Part shown: positions 29,347-40,351 of the stretch, piece by piece
How the letters are laid out: each line of letters begins with the position of its first letter
Position numbering within the stretch: the first letter of the stretch is position 1
Assembly: GCA_040386535.1 (NCBI GenBank)
Contig: JAZKFH010000042.1
Coordinates: 1-64,000, forward strand
Origin: Myxococcota bacterium
GTDB taxonomy: Bacteria; Myxococcota_A; UBA796; SXON01
Direction: 5' to 3'
Length of the DNA: 64,000 bases
The notes under the pieces: generated by a model
The model's input: the letters and a program-made list of their open reading frames with translations, nothing else
Databases searched by the model: none
Told to the model about the DNA's origin: nothing
Translations under genes and position numbers: made by a program

Positions 29347-30870
29347 GTGATCCCCGTGCTCGTCTCCCTCCTGGCGTGCGGCGAGCCCGCGTCGGATTCG
29401 CGAACGCGGGACACCGCGGGCGACACCGACACCGACACCGAGCCCGTCGACGCCGACGAAGACGGATTCCCGCTCGGCGACGATTGCGACGATCTCGATC
29501 CGGACGTCCATCCGGGCGCCGCCGAGCGATGTGACGGGTACGACGATGACTGCGACGGCCTCGCGGATGACGCCTGCACCGGCGCGCCGTCCGGGAACGT
29601 GTCGCTGCTGGAAGCGGAGGCCATCCTCACCGGGGTGACCGTGGGCGCCTGGGCCGGCTACGCCGTGTCCGGGGGCCAAGGTGCGGACGACGCCACCGCG
29701 ACGCTCGCGGTGACGAGCATCGATCCCTACGGAGAGGACTGCTCGCTCAATCGGATCTACCTGCTCCGGGACGTGCCGTCGGGGAGCGTGGCGCTCGACA
29801 CGGCCGCACGGGCGACGGTCGTGGGCCAGCGCAGCGACGGCTGCATCGGGTACCCGGTGGACGTGTCGGAGTCGGGCGACGCCGACGGGTACGTCGACCT
29901 CGTGGTCCACAACTACCCAGGCGGGGGAACCTATGTGTTCCGCGGGCCGCTGGAGGGAGAACGCTCGCCCGCCTCGGCGGACCTTCGAGTCACCGAAGGC
30001 CTGGGGTTCGCCGGGTACTCGGGCTGGGTCGGAGACCTCGACGGCCTCCCCGGGGCGGAGCTCGCGGTCGGTGACCCCATCTGGTTCGAGGAGGATTGGG
30101 AGGCCCCCGAAGGCCGAATGCGCGTCTTCTCCGCCGCCACGGACGGCATCTTGGGGCCGGACGACGCGTTGGCGGAGATCCGGGGCGGCGACGAGACGAA
30201 CCTCGGCGAGTGGTTCGACACCGTCGGCGATCTGGACGGAGATGGGATCGACGAGCTCGTGGTCAACGGGCACTGGTTCTTCTACGGGCCCGTCGCGGGA
30301 GACCTCACCAGCGCGGACGCCGAGATCGCGCTGACGAGCAACACCTGGCTCGACCAGTGGACGATGACCGCGACCGGCGCGGGCGACCTGGACGGAGACG
30401 GCAACGACGAGGCCCTGGTCGGCGCCTGGTGGGGCGACGGGGACGATCGCGAGACAGGCGCGGTGATCGTGTCCGACGCGGATCGCGGGGTCACGAGCGT
30501 GCTCGACCTCTCGCGGCGGTTCTCCCTACGCTACGACGAACACGAGGTCGTGGGGCGCGGCGTCGCCGCGGGGGACGTAGACGGGGACGGCGCCCCCGAC
30601 GCGCTCCTCGGGGGCGGGGGTCCCGATGGGCTCGATACGGACACGCCCGCGATCTACGTCGAGTACGGCCCCTTCGCCGGCGTCCGCGAGATGGGCGGCG
30701 GCGCGGTCCTGTGGGCCCCGCCGACGCTCGACTACGCCGGGGGCGGGAGCGCCCTCGCGGCCGCGGACCTCAACGGCGACGGCTTCGCCGACATCCTCGC
30801 GGGCTCCAAGGCCGCCGACAACGACGCCCTCGGAACAGCCTTCCTCCTGCTGGGCGGGCCTCGCGAATAG
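29347..30870 (+). CDS. Lipoprotein with metal-binding motif and FG-GAP repeats
   Basis: MIPVLVSLLAC, DT linker, DCDD..HPGA.E.CD, GDLDGDG repeats. Confidence 0.85.
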   Translation: MIPVLVSLLACGEPASDSRTRDTAGDTDTDTEPVDADEDGFPLGDDCDDLDPDVHPGAAERCDGYDDDCDGLADDACTGAPSGNVSLLEAEAILTGVTVGAWAGYAVSGGQGADDATATLAVTSIDPYGEDCSLNRIYLLRDVPSGSVALDTAARATVVGQRSDGCIGYPVDVSESGDADGYVDLVVHNYPGGGTYVFRGPLEGERSPASADLRVTEGLGFAGYSGWVGDLDGLPGAELAVGDPIWFEEDWEAPEGRMRVFSAATDGILGPDDALAEIRGGDETNLGEWFDTVGDLDGDGIDELVVNGHWFFYGPVAGDLTSADAEIALTSNTWLDQWTMTATGAGDLDGDGNDEALVGAWWGDGDDRETGAVIVSDADRGVTSVLDLSRRFSLRYDEHEVVGRGVAAGDVDGDGAPDALLGGGGPDGLDTDTPAIYVEYGPFAGVREMGGGAVLWAPPTLDYAGGGSALAAADLNGDGFADILAGSKAADNDALGTAFLLLGGPRE

Positions 30871-30982
30871 GCGATCTCCGCGCGCGGCGGCCGCACTCGC
30901 GTCTCGCGCCTGGCTGGATCTCGACGGCGAGGACGTGCGTCGTATCGCTGCACCAACCGCCCGGTCAGATCCACAAGCAAGA

Positions 30983-31016
30983 ACGCCCACCCTCCGGCGA
31001 ACCGAAGGGCGGGCGT
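30983..31016 (-). terminator. Intrinsic terminator downstream of tRNA-Pro
   Basis: Stem ACGCCC.CCCT..CGG/CCG..AGGG.GGGCGT followed on the minus strand by TCTTGCTT. Confidence 0.65.
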
Positions 31017-31035
31017 CCAAGCTCATACTCAACAG

Positions 31036-31112
31036 TGGTCGGGGCGGCCGGATTCGAACCGATGACCTCCTGCGCCCAAGGCAGGCGCTCTACCAGACTG
31101 AGCTACGCCCCG
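31036..31112 (-). tRNA. tRNA-Pro (anticodon TGG)
   Basis: CGGGGCG/CGCCCCG acceptor stem, D-arm, CCTGC-CTTGGGC-GCAGG, GGTTCGAATCC, encoded CCA; 77 nt. Confidence 0.95.
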
Positions 31113-31209
31113 ACAACGCGCGTCTAACCCGTTCTCCCCGTGGTGCACCGTGGAGGCGCGCTTCGGGCGGGGATGCTTTTGTATCGCCTCACGATATAGG
31201 CGCGCCGCC

Positions 31210-31623
31210 ATGACGACCGACCCCGACTACCGCGCCCTCGCGCAGCTGCGCTTCGAGATCCGCCGCTTCCTCGCCTTCTCGGAGGAGGCGGCCCACGGGG
31301 CGGGGGTGGAGCCCCGCCAGCACCAGCTCCTCCTCCAGCTACGAGGGCTCCCAGTGGGGTTGCGGCCCAACATCCGCACGGTGTCCGAGCGGCTCCACAT
31401 CAAGCACCACAGCGCGGTGGAGCTGGTGGCACGCGCGGAGGCCGCTGGCCTGATCCTGCGGACGCGTTCGCCCGAGGACGGCCGCGAGGTGCTCCTCGCC
31501 CTCACGCCGCGGGGAGAGGCCGTGCTCGAGGGGCTCACGCGCTCGCACCGGGACGAGCTGCGCACGCGCGGGCCGCGCCTGATCGACGCGCTGGGGACGC
31601 TGCTCGCGGAGGAGGGCCGATGA
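31210..31623 (+). CDS. MarR-family transcriptional regulator
   Basis: wHTH HHSAVELVARAE..GLI.R...EDGR...LTPRG. Confidence 0.88.
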   Translation: MTTDPDYRALAQLRFEIRRFLAFSEEAAHGAGVEPRQHQLLLQLRGLPVGLRPNIRTVSERLHIKHHSAVELVARAEAAGLILRTRSPEDGREVLLALTPRGEAVLEGLTRSHRDELRTRGPRLIDALGTLLAEEGR

Positions 31624-33407
31624 GCGCGGTCGACGCGCCGCCGAGGCGCCGGGAGGTTCGCGGCGACTACACGCTCACCCCGCGCACGCTGCTGGTCGCG
31701 GCCATCGCCATGGGGGTCGGCGCGTGCGCCACGGTCGCGGCGGTGCTGCTGCTCGACCTCATCGCGCTGTGTACGAACCTCTTCTTCTTCGGGCGCCTCT
31801 CCCTGGCGCCGGCCTCCCCCGTCGATCACGAGTGGGGGGCGCTCGTCGTGCTGGTCCCCGTCGCGGGCGCGCTGATCGTGGGGCTCATGGCGCGTTTCGG
31901 GAGCGAACGGATCCGCGGCCACGGCATCCCAGAGGCGATGGAGGCGATCCTCCTGCGCGGGAGCCGCATCGAGCCCAAGATCGCCGTGCTCAAGCCGGTG
32001 TCGGCGGCGATCTCCATCGGGTCGGGCGGGCCGTTCGGGGCGGAGGGCCCGATCATCATGACGGGCGGCGCGGTGGGATCGATCATCGCGCAGATGCTCC
32101 ACCTCACTGCGGCCGAGCGGAAAACGCTGCTGGTGGCGGGGGCGGCGGGCGGCATGTCCGCCGTCTTCGGGACGCCCATCGCGGCCGTCCTCCTCGCCGT
32201 CGAGCTCCTCCTCTTCGAATGGAAGCCGCGGAGCCTCGTCCCGGTCGCCCTCGCCGCCGCCACGGCAGCGGCCCTGCGCCCCGCCCTCGTCGGCACGGGG
32301 CCGATCTTCCCGATCCCGGCCCACAACCTGACGCTCGACGCGACCGGCTTCGCCGCGTGCCTCGTCGCGGGGCTGGCCGCTGGCGTCCTGTCCGGGTTCC
32401 TGTCGCGCTCGATCTACGTCGTGGAGGACGCCTTCGCGCGGCTCCCAATCCACTGGATGTGGTGGCCGGCCATCGGCGCCGTCGTGGTGGGCGTCGGCGG
32501 CTGGATCGACCCGCGCGTGCTCGGCGTCGGGTACGAGAACATCGGTGGGCTCCTCGACGGCACGCTCGTCGGGAACGCGGTGCTCGGGCTCATGGTGCTC
32601 AAGAGCATCGTCTGGATCGCGTCCCTCGGCACTGGCACCTCCGGCGGCGTGCTCGCGCCGCTCCTGACCATCGGCGCGGCGCTCGGCGCGCTCGAGGCCC
32701 GCGTGCTCCCCGACGGCGGCCCGGGGTTCTGGCCGCTCATCGGCATGGCCGCGGCGCTCGGCGGGACGATGCGGTGCCCCCTCGCGGCCGTGCTCTTCGC
32801 GATGGAGGCCACCCACGATCTCGACGCGCTGGTGCCGCTCCTCGTCGCGGTCTCGGCGTCGTATCTCTTCACGACGTTGACGCTGCCCCGCTCCATCCTC
32901 ACCGAGAAGATCGCGCGGCGTGGCGTCCACCTCAGCCACGAGTACGCCATCGATCCGCTGGAGATCCACTTCGTCCGCGAGGTCATGCAACCGGTGCCAG
33001 AGGTGCTCGCCCCGGATGCGCTGGTGGCCGATCTGGGCGGCGTCTCCGTCGACCAGCGCCTCATCCCGGTGGTCGACGGGGGCCGCCTCGTGGGCGTCCT
33101 CACCCGCCGCGATCTCGTGGGCGCGCCGCTCGGCCAGGCCGTCAGCGCGTGGATGCGGGAGCCCGTCGTCGTCTGGAGTGACGACATCCTCCGCGTCGTC
33201 GTGAACCGCATGGCGGAGTCGGGCCGCACGTGCCTGCCGGTCCTCGACCCCGCGGCACCCGATCGCCTGGTGGGCCTCGTGACGCTCGCCGATCTGCTCC
33301 GCGCCCGCGCCCATGAGCTCGTCGCGGAAGGGCACCGGGAGCGTCCGATCCCGCTACGGTGGCCCCGCTGGCGGGAGACGAGGAAGCCCGGAGCCTCCTC
33401 GTCCTAA
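31620..33407 (+). CDS. ClC chloride channel/transporter with tandem CBS domains
   Basis: GHGIPE, GGPFGAEGP, FGTPIA, GTSGGVLAP; C-terminal CBS pair. Confidence 0.92.
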   Translation: MSAVDAPPRRREVRGDYTLTPRTLLVAAIAMGVGACATVAAVLLLDLIALCTNLFFFGRLSLAPASPVDHEWGALVVLVPVAGALIVGLMARFGSERIRGHGIPEAMEAILLRGSRIEPKIAVLKPVSAAISIGSGGPFGAEGPIIMTGGAVGSIIAQMLHLTAAERKTLLVAGAAGGMSAVFGTPIAAVLLAVELLLFEWKPRSLVPVALAAATAAALRPALVGTGPIFPIPAHNLTLDATGFAACLVAGLAAGVLSGFLSRSIYVVEDAFARLPIHWMWWPAIGAVVVGVGGWIDPRVLGVGYENIGGLLDGTLVGNAVLGLMVLKSIVWIASLGTGTSGGVLAPLLTIGAALGALEARVLPDGGPGFWPLIGMAAALGGTMRCPLAAVLFAMEATHDLDALVPLLVAVSASYLFTTLTLPRSILTEKIARRGVHLSHEYAIDPLEIHFVREVMQPVPEVLAPDALVADLGGVSVDQRLIPVVDGGRLVGVLTRRDLVGAPLGQAVSAWMREPVVVWSDDILRVVVNRMAESGRTCLPVLDPAAPDRLVGLVTLADLLRARAHELVAEGHRERPIPLRWPRWRETRKPGASSS

Positions 33408-33429
33408 GGTCGCACGCGCACCATCCTGC

Positions 33430-34655
<1,226 letters not shown>

Positions 34656-34659
<4 letters not shown>

Positions 34660-36107
34660 TCTTCCTCCTCTTGGAAAAAGTCGGGGTTGACGAGGTCGGT
34701 CGTCTTCGGGGCTACGATGACCGCGGGGATGGTGACGGTGTCGAGGGCAACGGCTTCGCCGCTCCACGGGAGGACCGCGGAGGCGGGCGTGACAGGGAGG
34801 GCTTCGCCGTTGGCGAGGCGGTTGGCGATGCGGAACACGACGCGGCGGTTCTCGACCTTGGCGGCTTCCGTGGCGGCCGAGCTCTTCTCGAGCGGGACCA
34901 CCTCACCCAGACCGCGCCAGCTCATGCGCTGCGGGCTCACCCCGTCGAGCAGGAGCGCCTCCCACACGGCGCGGGCGCGGCGGTCGGACAGGTCCCAGTT
35001 GTAGACGAGATCGCCCTCTTCGCTCGCGTGGCCCTCGATGGCGACGTGGGCGATGCGCCCCTCGCCGGCCAGGAGGTTCGCGATACCGTCGATGATGTCG
35101 TGCGACTCGGGGAGGAGCTCCGCGGAGCCCTCCTTGAACCGGATCTCGCCGGTGAACACGATCTCGTCGCCCGCGACCCGCACCTTGGGGGGCGGCGGCG
35201 GCGGCGGGATCTCGACGAAGATGCCCGGGGGATCCTCCTCCTCGAGCGTCGCGGGCTTGGGGGGCGGCCTCTCCGCCACCACGGGCACCGGCTTGTCCGC
35301 CTGGGGCGGGGGGCTCTTGAACGTGGCCGTCAGGAACCCGCGGAACGCCGGGACACCCACACCCGCCTGGATGCCGGCGCCGCCGCCGGCCGCGAGGATG
35401 ACGGTCGGCGTGGCTTCGAGGCTCGCGGTGAGGAGCGCCTCGCTCGCGAGCTCACCGTCGCGCTCCGCGAGGCCCGCGAGCACCGCGCGTGCGACCCAGG
35501 CCCCGCCCACCGAGAAGGTGGGGAGGATGTCCGCGCGCACGCCCACCCCGAGGTCGACCGTGGGGCCCCAGTCGAGGCCCGGCTGCGGGGACTCGAGGGG
35601 ACGGGCCACGACACCGACATCGAGCAGCACCGCGCCGAAGCCGCCCTTGAGCGCACCGGACGCGCCGAAGGCGCCGCGGGCGGTGGACTCGCCCATCCAG
35701 GCGTCCTGGCGGCCGACGGGGATGTACACGTCGGCCCGGAGGGTCGCGTCGATGAGGTTGGTGTGGACGACACCCCAGCGCGCGCCGACACGGGGATCCC
35801 CGATGCCGCTGCCGTCCGCCGAGAGAGCGGAGCCGTCACCGGTCTGCCAGGCGATCGGGACCGACGCCTGCACGGCGAGGCGGTATCCGAGGCCCATCGA
35901 GAAGCCCGCCCAGCCGCCGATCCGGTCGGTGACGGGCCGGTTCGAGATCTCCCCTTCGGTGAGGATGAGCACCGGCGCACGTTGGTACTGCGTCCCGAGG
36001 CCCACGCGCCATTCCCACTGGTCGGGGACGCCCGCGCCCTCGACGCCGTAGACGCCGTCGTCGCCCATCGCCGGGCGGACCATCTCGATGTCTGCGCCGA
36101 CGCTCAA
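34656..36107 (-). CDS. OmpA-family protein (N-terminal beta-barrel plus OmpA C domain), TraB-like
   Basis: IEGHAS..G...YNWDLSDRRARAV, NRRVVF; TTG start inferred from overlap. Confidence 0.85.
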
Positions 36108-36832
36108 AATTGCACGCGCACGGCGACGGACAGGAGCCCGGCGGCGCCGAGGCCGGCGGCGGCGAGGCCGGCGCCCTGGGTGACATTGGTTCGCACGCGC
36201 AACTTCTCCAGATCTCCGACGGTGTCGACCGGCGAGGGGTCGAGGGCGTACCAGTCCGCGCGGGACTCGGCGGCCATCACGAACAAGCCGCCCGACAAGG
36301 CCACGAGCGCGCCGGACGCGATGAGCCGGCCGATCTCGCCGCGGCGGAGCGGCACGGGCCCCAGGCGGGGGACAGTGGGCGACGTGGGGAGGGCGGCGCC
36401 GAGGCGCACCTCGTTGACGCCGGCCGCGTCGAGCCACCGGGTGTAGACCACGCGGCCCTCGGCGTCGAAGGCCTGCACGACGGCGGCGTGGCCGGGCCGC
36501 AACGCGGCGTAGGCGAGGCCGTCCACCAGCGCGACGCCGCCGTCCGGATGGGGCGGACCGTCCACGTCGTCCCCGACCTCGGGGAGCGCCATCGGCTCGG
36601 GGCGTACACCGCCGAGCGCGAGGTGCACGGCCGCGGCGTCACCCGGGGCGAGCGGATCGGAGACGCACGCGAGCCGCAAGAGCAGCGTGCGCCGCTCGGC
36701 GTCGAGGTCCTCGTCCGCCAACCGCGCGCCTTGGACGCGCATGGCCGACTCGACCACGTCGGCCGGGGTGTGGAAGTTGATGCAGGGTTGCTCCACTGCA
36801 TGCGCCAACCCGGCGAGCAGGAACGCGATCAT
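36104..36832 (-). CDS. Exported hypothetical protein with C-terminal hydrophobic helices
   Basis: MIAFLLAGLAHA signal; 4-nt start/stop overlaps on both sides. Confidence 0.7.
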   Translation of the reverse strand: MIAFLLAGLAHAVEQPCINFHTPADVVESAMRVQGARLADEDLDAERRTLLLRLACVSDPLAPGDAAAVHLALGGVRPEPMALPEVGDDVDGPPHPDGGVALVDGLAYAALRPGHAAVVQAFDAEGRVVYTRWLDAAGVNEVRLGAALPTSPTVPRLGPVPLRRGEIGRLIASGALVALSGGLFVMAAESRADWYALDPSPVDTVGDLEKLRVRTNVTQGAGLAAAGLGAAGLLSVAVRVQF

Positions 36833-38901
36833 TGGCCCTCGCAAACGTCGATGACGTCGTCACAGTCGTTGTCGATCCCGTCGGAGCAGACCTCGGGCAC
36901 GGCCGGGTTCACGTACGGGTCGGTGTCCAGACAATCCACGGAATTGTCCACTTCGTCGTCGTTCGCCTCGCACGCGGTGCGGGCGGTGGTCGGATCGCCG
37001 AAGCCGTCGCCGTCGGCGTCGGTCCAGCGCTCGAACACGTCGTCGATCACGCCGTTGCAGTCGTTGTCCTGACCGTCCTCGCAGTCTTCGGGCGCGTACG
37101 GCCAGGTGTCCTGGTTCGTGTCGTCGCAGTCGCCGGCGCGGGTGATGTACTCCTTCCCGGGCTCGCACGTCTCGACGGCGGAAGCGGGATCCCCGAAGCC
37201 GTCGTTGTCGCCGTCGTACCACCAGATCTGGAGGAGGGCCTCGTCGATCTCGCCGTCACAGTCGTCGTCGGCGGCGTTGCAGAGCTCCTGCGCGCGCGGG
37301 TAGGCGGTCGCGGCGGTGTCGTCACAATCCCCCGCGTTCTGGGCAGTGTCCGAGCGGGTGGCGCAGGCCTCGCCGAAGGGGATGCCGCCGAAACCGTCGC
37401 CGTCCTGGTCCGTGTAGACCGCGAACACGGCGTAGCCCTCGTCGACCTCACCGTCGCAGTCCTGGTCGTAGCCGTCACACAGCTCGGCCGAGCCGGGATG
37501 GATGGTGTAGTCGGCGTCGTCACAATCGCCGCCGCTGCGCACCCACCCGACGCCGGGGGCCACACAGCCGTCCTGCTCCTCCAGACCGCCGACGCCGTCG
37601 CCGTCTTCGTCGAAGAACCAGGGCGCGCCGGCGCCGATCTCGTCGTCGTCCGAGTCACAGTCGAAGGGCCATTCGGCGCCGTCGGCATCGGGGTCGAGGC
37701 GCCATTCGCGCTCGGACGCCGGGATGAAGCCGCAGCCGGCCACGAAGGGGATCCACACCATGCGGCGGCGCATCAGCAACGCCGCCGCGGCCAACACGGC
37801 CCAGAGCGCGGGCACTCCGGGGGTGCCGCAGGTGCTGGCCCCGCCGCGGGCCGCGAAGTCCGCGCACTCGCCGGCGTCCCACCCGGCGCCGATGCAGGCC
37901 TGGCAGGCGTCCCCGACGCCGTCATTGTCCTCGTCGAGCTGCTCGGGGTCGTTGTTGGTCGGGCAGCTGTCGCACGAGTCCCCGACGGTGTCGAAGTCCG
38001 TGTCGATCTGGCGCGGGTCGAACGTGCTCGGGCACGTGTCGCACAGATCGCCGTACCCGTCGTTGTCCACGTCGGCCTGGTCGGCGTTGGGAGTCAGCGG
38101 GCAGATGTCGCAGGTGTCACCCACGCCATCCTTGTCCGTGTCCGTCTGGTCCTCGTCCATGTTCGGGCAGACGTCGCACACGTCACCGACCTCGTCCTCG
38201 TCCGTGTCGAGGTCGGTCGGGTCGTAGTCGATCGGGCAAGTGTCGCACTCGTCGCCGAGGCCATCGCCGTCGAGGTCGAGCTGGTCGACGTTGTCGACGT
38301 CCCAGCAGTTGTCGCACTCGTCGCCGATGAGGTCCCGATCCTCGTCGGCCCCCGTGCTGGCCACGTCCGGGCAGATGTCGCACCAGTCGCCCATGCCGTC
38401 TTCGTCGAAGTCGTCCTGCGGCACGAACGCGTCGATGGGGCACGAGTCGCAGAAGTCGCCGAGGCCATCCTCGTCGCGATCGTCCTGCGTGGGGTTGGGC
38501 ACGTCCACGCAGTTGTCGCAGGCGTCGCCCACGTTGTCGCAGTCGGTGTCGACCTGCTCGCGGTTCCAGATCTCGGGGCAGTTGTCGCACGTGAGCGTGA
38601 CGACGACGTCGGGGAACCGCTCGTCGGGCATCAGCGACAGGTCACCGCCGCCGAGCCCGTCGCGATCGATGTCGAGCCCGGTCACCGGGACGAGACACCC
38701 GTACGACACGTAGTCGTAGTAGTAGTCGGCGTTCGGGAGGGGGATCCCGTTGGTGTTGGTGTTGGCCAGGCACGCCGGGATCGTCAGGTCGACCGGCACC
38801 TCGTCCACAACGTCGACGCCGTTGCAGTTCAGATCCTGGATGAACGGCCCGGTGGAGCACACCTTGGCGGCGTAGGCGGCGGAGAAGAGGAGTGCAATCA
38901 T
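36829..38901 (-). CDS. TSP3-repeat protein fused through an internal MYXO-CTERM-like segment to a metal-binding-repeat lipoprotein-like module
   Basis: TSP3 repeats; GGASTCG..LWAVLAAAALLMRRRMVWIPFVAGC; then DCDD/PxAxExC repeats. Confidence 0.8.
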   Translation of the reverse strand: MIALLFSAAYAAKVCSTGPFIQDLNCNGVDVVDEVPVDLTIPACLANTNTNGIPLPNADYYYDYVSYGCLVPVTGLDIDRDGLGGGDLSLMPDERFPDVVVTLTCDNCPEIWNREQVDTDCDNVGDACDNCVDVPNPTQDDRDEDGLGDFCDSCPIDAFVPQDDFDEDGMGDWCDICPDVASTGADEDRDLIGDECDNCWDVDNVDQLDLDGDGLGDECDTCPIDYDPTDLDTDEDEVGDVCDVCPNMDEDQTDTDKDGVGDTCDICPLTPNADQADVDNDGYGDLCDTCPSTFDPRQIDTDFDTVGDSCDSCPTNNDPEQLDEDNDGVGDACQACIGAGWDAGECADFAARGGASTCGTPGVPALWAVLAAAALLMRRRMVWIPFVAGCGFIPASEREWRLDPDADGAEWPFDCDSDDDEIGAGAPWFFDEDGDGVGGLEEQDGCVAPGVGWVRSGGDCDDADYTIHPGSAELCDGYDQDCDGEVDEGYAVFAVYTDQDGDGFGGIPFGEACATRSDTAQNAGDCDDTAATAYPRAQELCNAADDDCDGEIDEALLQIWWYDGDNDGFGDPASAVETCEPGKEYITRAGDCDDTNQDTWPYAPEDCEDGQDNDCNGVIDDVFERWTDADGDGFGDPTTARTACEANDDEVDNSVDCLDTDPYVNPAVPEVCSDGIDNDCDDVIDVCEGQ

Positions 38902-40313
38902 CGTGACCTCGGGAGGCGGCCGGTCCACGGAACGGGCACGGGTTGCCATTCAGGAGCAGGGGCGTCCGCGGAGAGCTGGCGCTCGATGCGGAAGAGGACG
39001 CGTCGATTGAGGGCCAGCGCGGCCTCGTCGGTGCCCGAGGACTCGGGCGCCACCTCGCCCATCGCGCGGTACCCGAGGCGGTCGGGGTGGACACCGGCCT
39101 CGATGAGCACGCGGTAGATGGCGCGCGCGCGGGCGGTGGACAGCGCGTAGTTGTACTCGAAGCTGCCTTCCTCGCTCGCGTGCCCCTCGACCACGATGTA
39201 CGTGATGCGGGGGTTCTGCGCGAGGACGCGCGCCACGTCGAACAGGATGGGGAGCGAGTCGGGCAGCACCTCGTCCTTCGCGAAGACGAAGCGGATGGGG
39301 TCGCGGATGACGATGCGCTCGCCCTCGACCTTCGCCAGCTCGCCCTCGGCCCAGCCCTCGATGGGGGGTGCGGGCGGGATCACGATCTGGTCGGGCACCT
39401 CCTCCACGGGGGGCGCCAGCTCCTTCGCGACGCTGGACACGGGGCGGACCGACGGGGGGATGGGCTGCGGGACCCACGCGATCCCGAGGAACCCGCGCAA
39501 GGAGGCGGCGCCGACACCACCGCCGAGGCCGGGCCCGCCACCGATGTCGACCGTCACGCCGTGCGGCGCCCGCACCGACAACGACGCGACGAGCGCGGAG
39601 GCGTGGTCACGCGGACCGGCATCCGGCGCGAGGCGCACGCGGCCGAGGTAGCCGAAGCCGATGCCGAGCCGCTCGTAGGACCAGCGGACGGCCCCGTTCG
39701 TGACCAGGGACGACCCGGACGTGAGCTGGAGATCGGTGACGCCCGTGGCGCCGTACCGGTACCCGACCTCACCAAGAATGGAGAGCCGCCCGAAGCCGAG
39801 CGCGCCGAGGACCGCGCCGCCGGGGCGGACGGTGCCCTCGCCCATCCAGGCCTCGTTGTCGCCGGTGGGCAGGGCAACGTCGAGGCGCAAGGCCACGGCG
39901 CTCCCCTCCCCCGCGGCGTTCGGCTTGCCGAACAGGCGGTACTTCGCGGAGATCTCGATGTCCCCCAGCGCCGCGCCCTCGGCCGAGCCGGGGAAGGCGC
40001 CGCCCTCCTGCCATGCGAAGGGCACGGCGAGCGCGACGTCCAGGTTGCGCAGCGGCCCCCAGCGCACGCCCGCCTGGACGAGCGTGCGCGAGGAGACGGC
40101 AGCACCGGCGTAGTCCCCATCCGAGAACACCACGACGGGGTTCTGCTCGGCTTGGACCAGCGCGGCGATGCGCGGAAACCCGGGGGGTTGAATCCACGGC
40201 GTGTCTTGGCCAGGCGTCCCGCCAGGGGCGAGCGTCGGGCGCACGAGCTCTACGTCGAGGGGCAGGCCCGCGGCGTGAGCAGAGGCGATGAAGGAGAGTG
40301 AGGCGACAAGCAC
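38898..40313 (-). CDS. OmpA-family protein (beta-barrel plus OmpA C), TraB-like; paralog of 34656..36107
   Basis: Signal ending AHA; AWMGE, VEGHASEEGS..YN..LS..RA, NRRVLF. Confidence 0.88.
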   Translation of the reverse strand: MLVASLSFIASAHAAGLPLDVELVRPTLAPGGTPGQDTPWIQPPGFPRIAALVQAEQNPVVVFSDGDYAGAAVSSRTLVQAGVRWGPLRNLDVALAVPFAWQEGGAFPGSAEGAALGDIEISAKYRLFGKPNAAGEGSAVALRLDVALPTGDNEAWMGEGTVRPGGAVLGALGFGRLSILGEVGYRYGATGVTDLQLTSGSSLVTNGAVRWSYERLGIGFGYLGRVRLAPDAGPRDHASALVASLSVRAPHGVTVDIGGGPGLGGGVGAASLRGFLGIAWVPQPIPPSVRPVSSVAKELAPPVEEVPDQIVIPPAPPIEGWAEGELAKVEGERIVIRDPIRFVFAKDEVLPDSLPILFDVARVLAQNPRITYIVVEGHASEEGSFEYNYALSTARARAIYRVLIEAGVHPDRLGYRAMGEVAPESSGTDEAALALNRRVLFRIERQLSADAPAPEWQPVPVPWTGRLPRSR

Positions 40314-40351
40314 GGGGCCATGGTAGCCTGCTTCCCATCGGGTTCAACAAC

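Noticed and set aside
30870..31112. Prophage or integrative element at tRNA-Pro
   Set aside because: No integrase, phage genes or att duplication seen in the window
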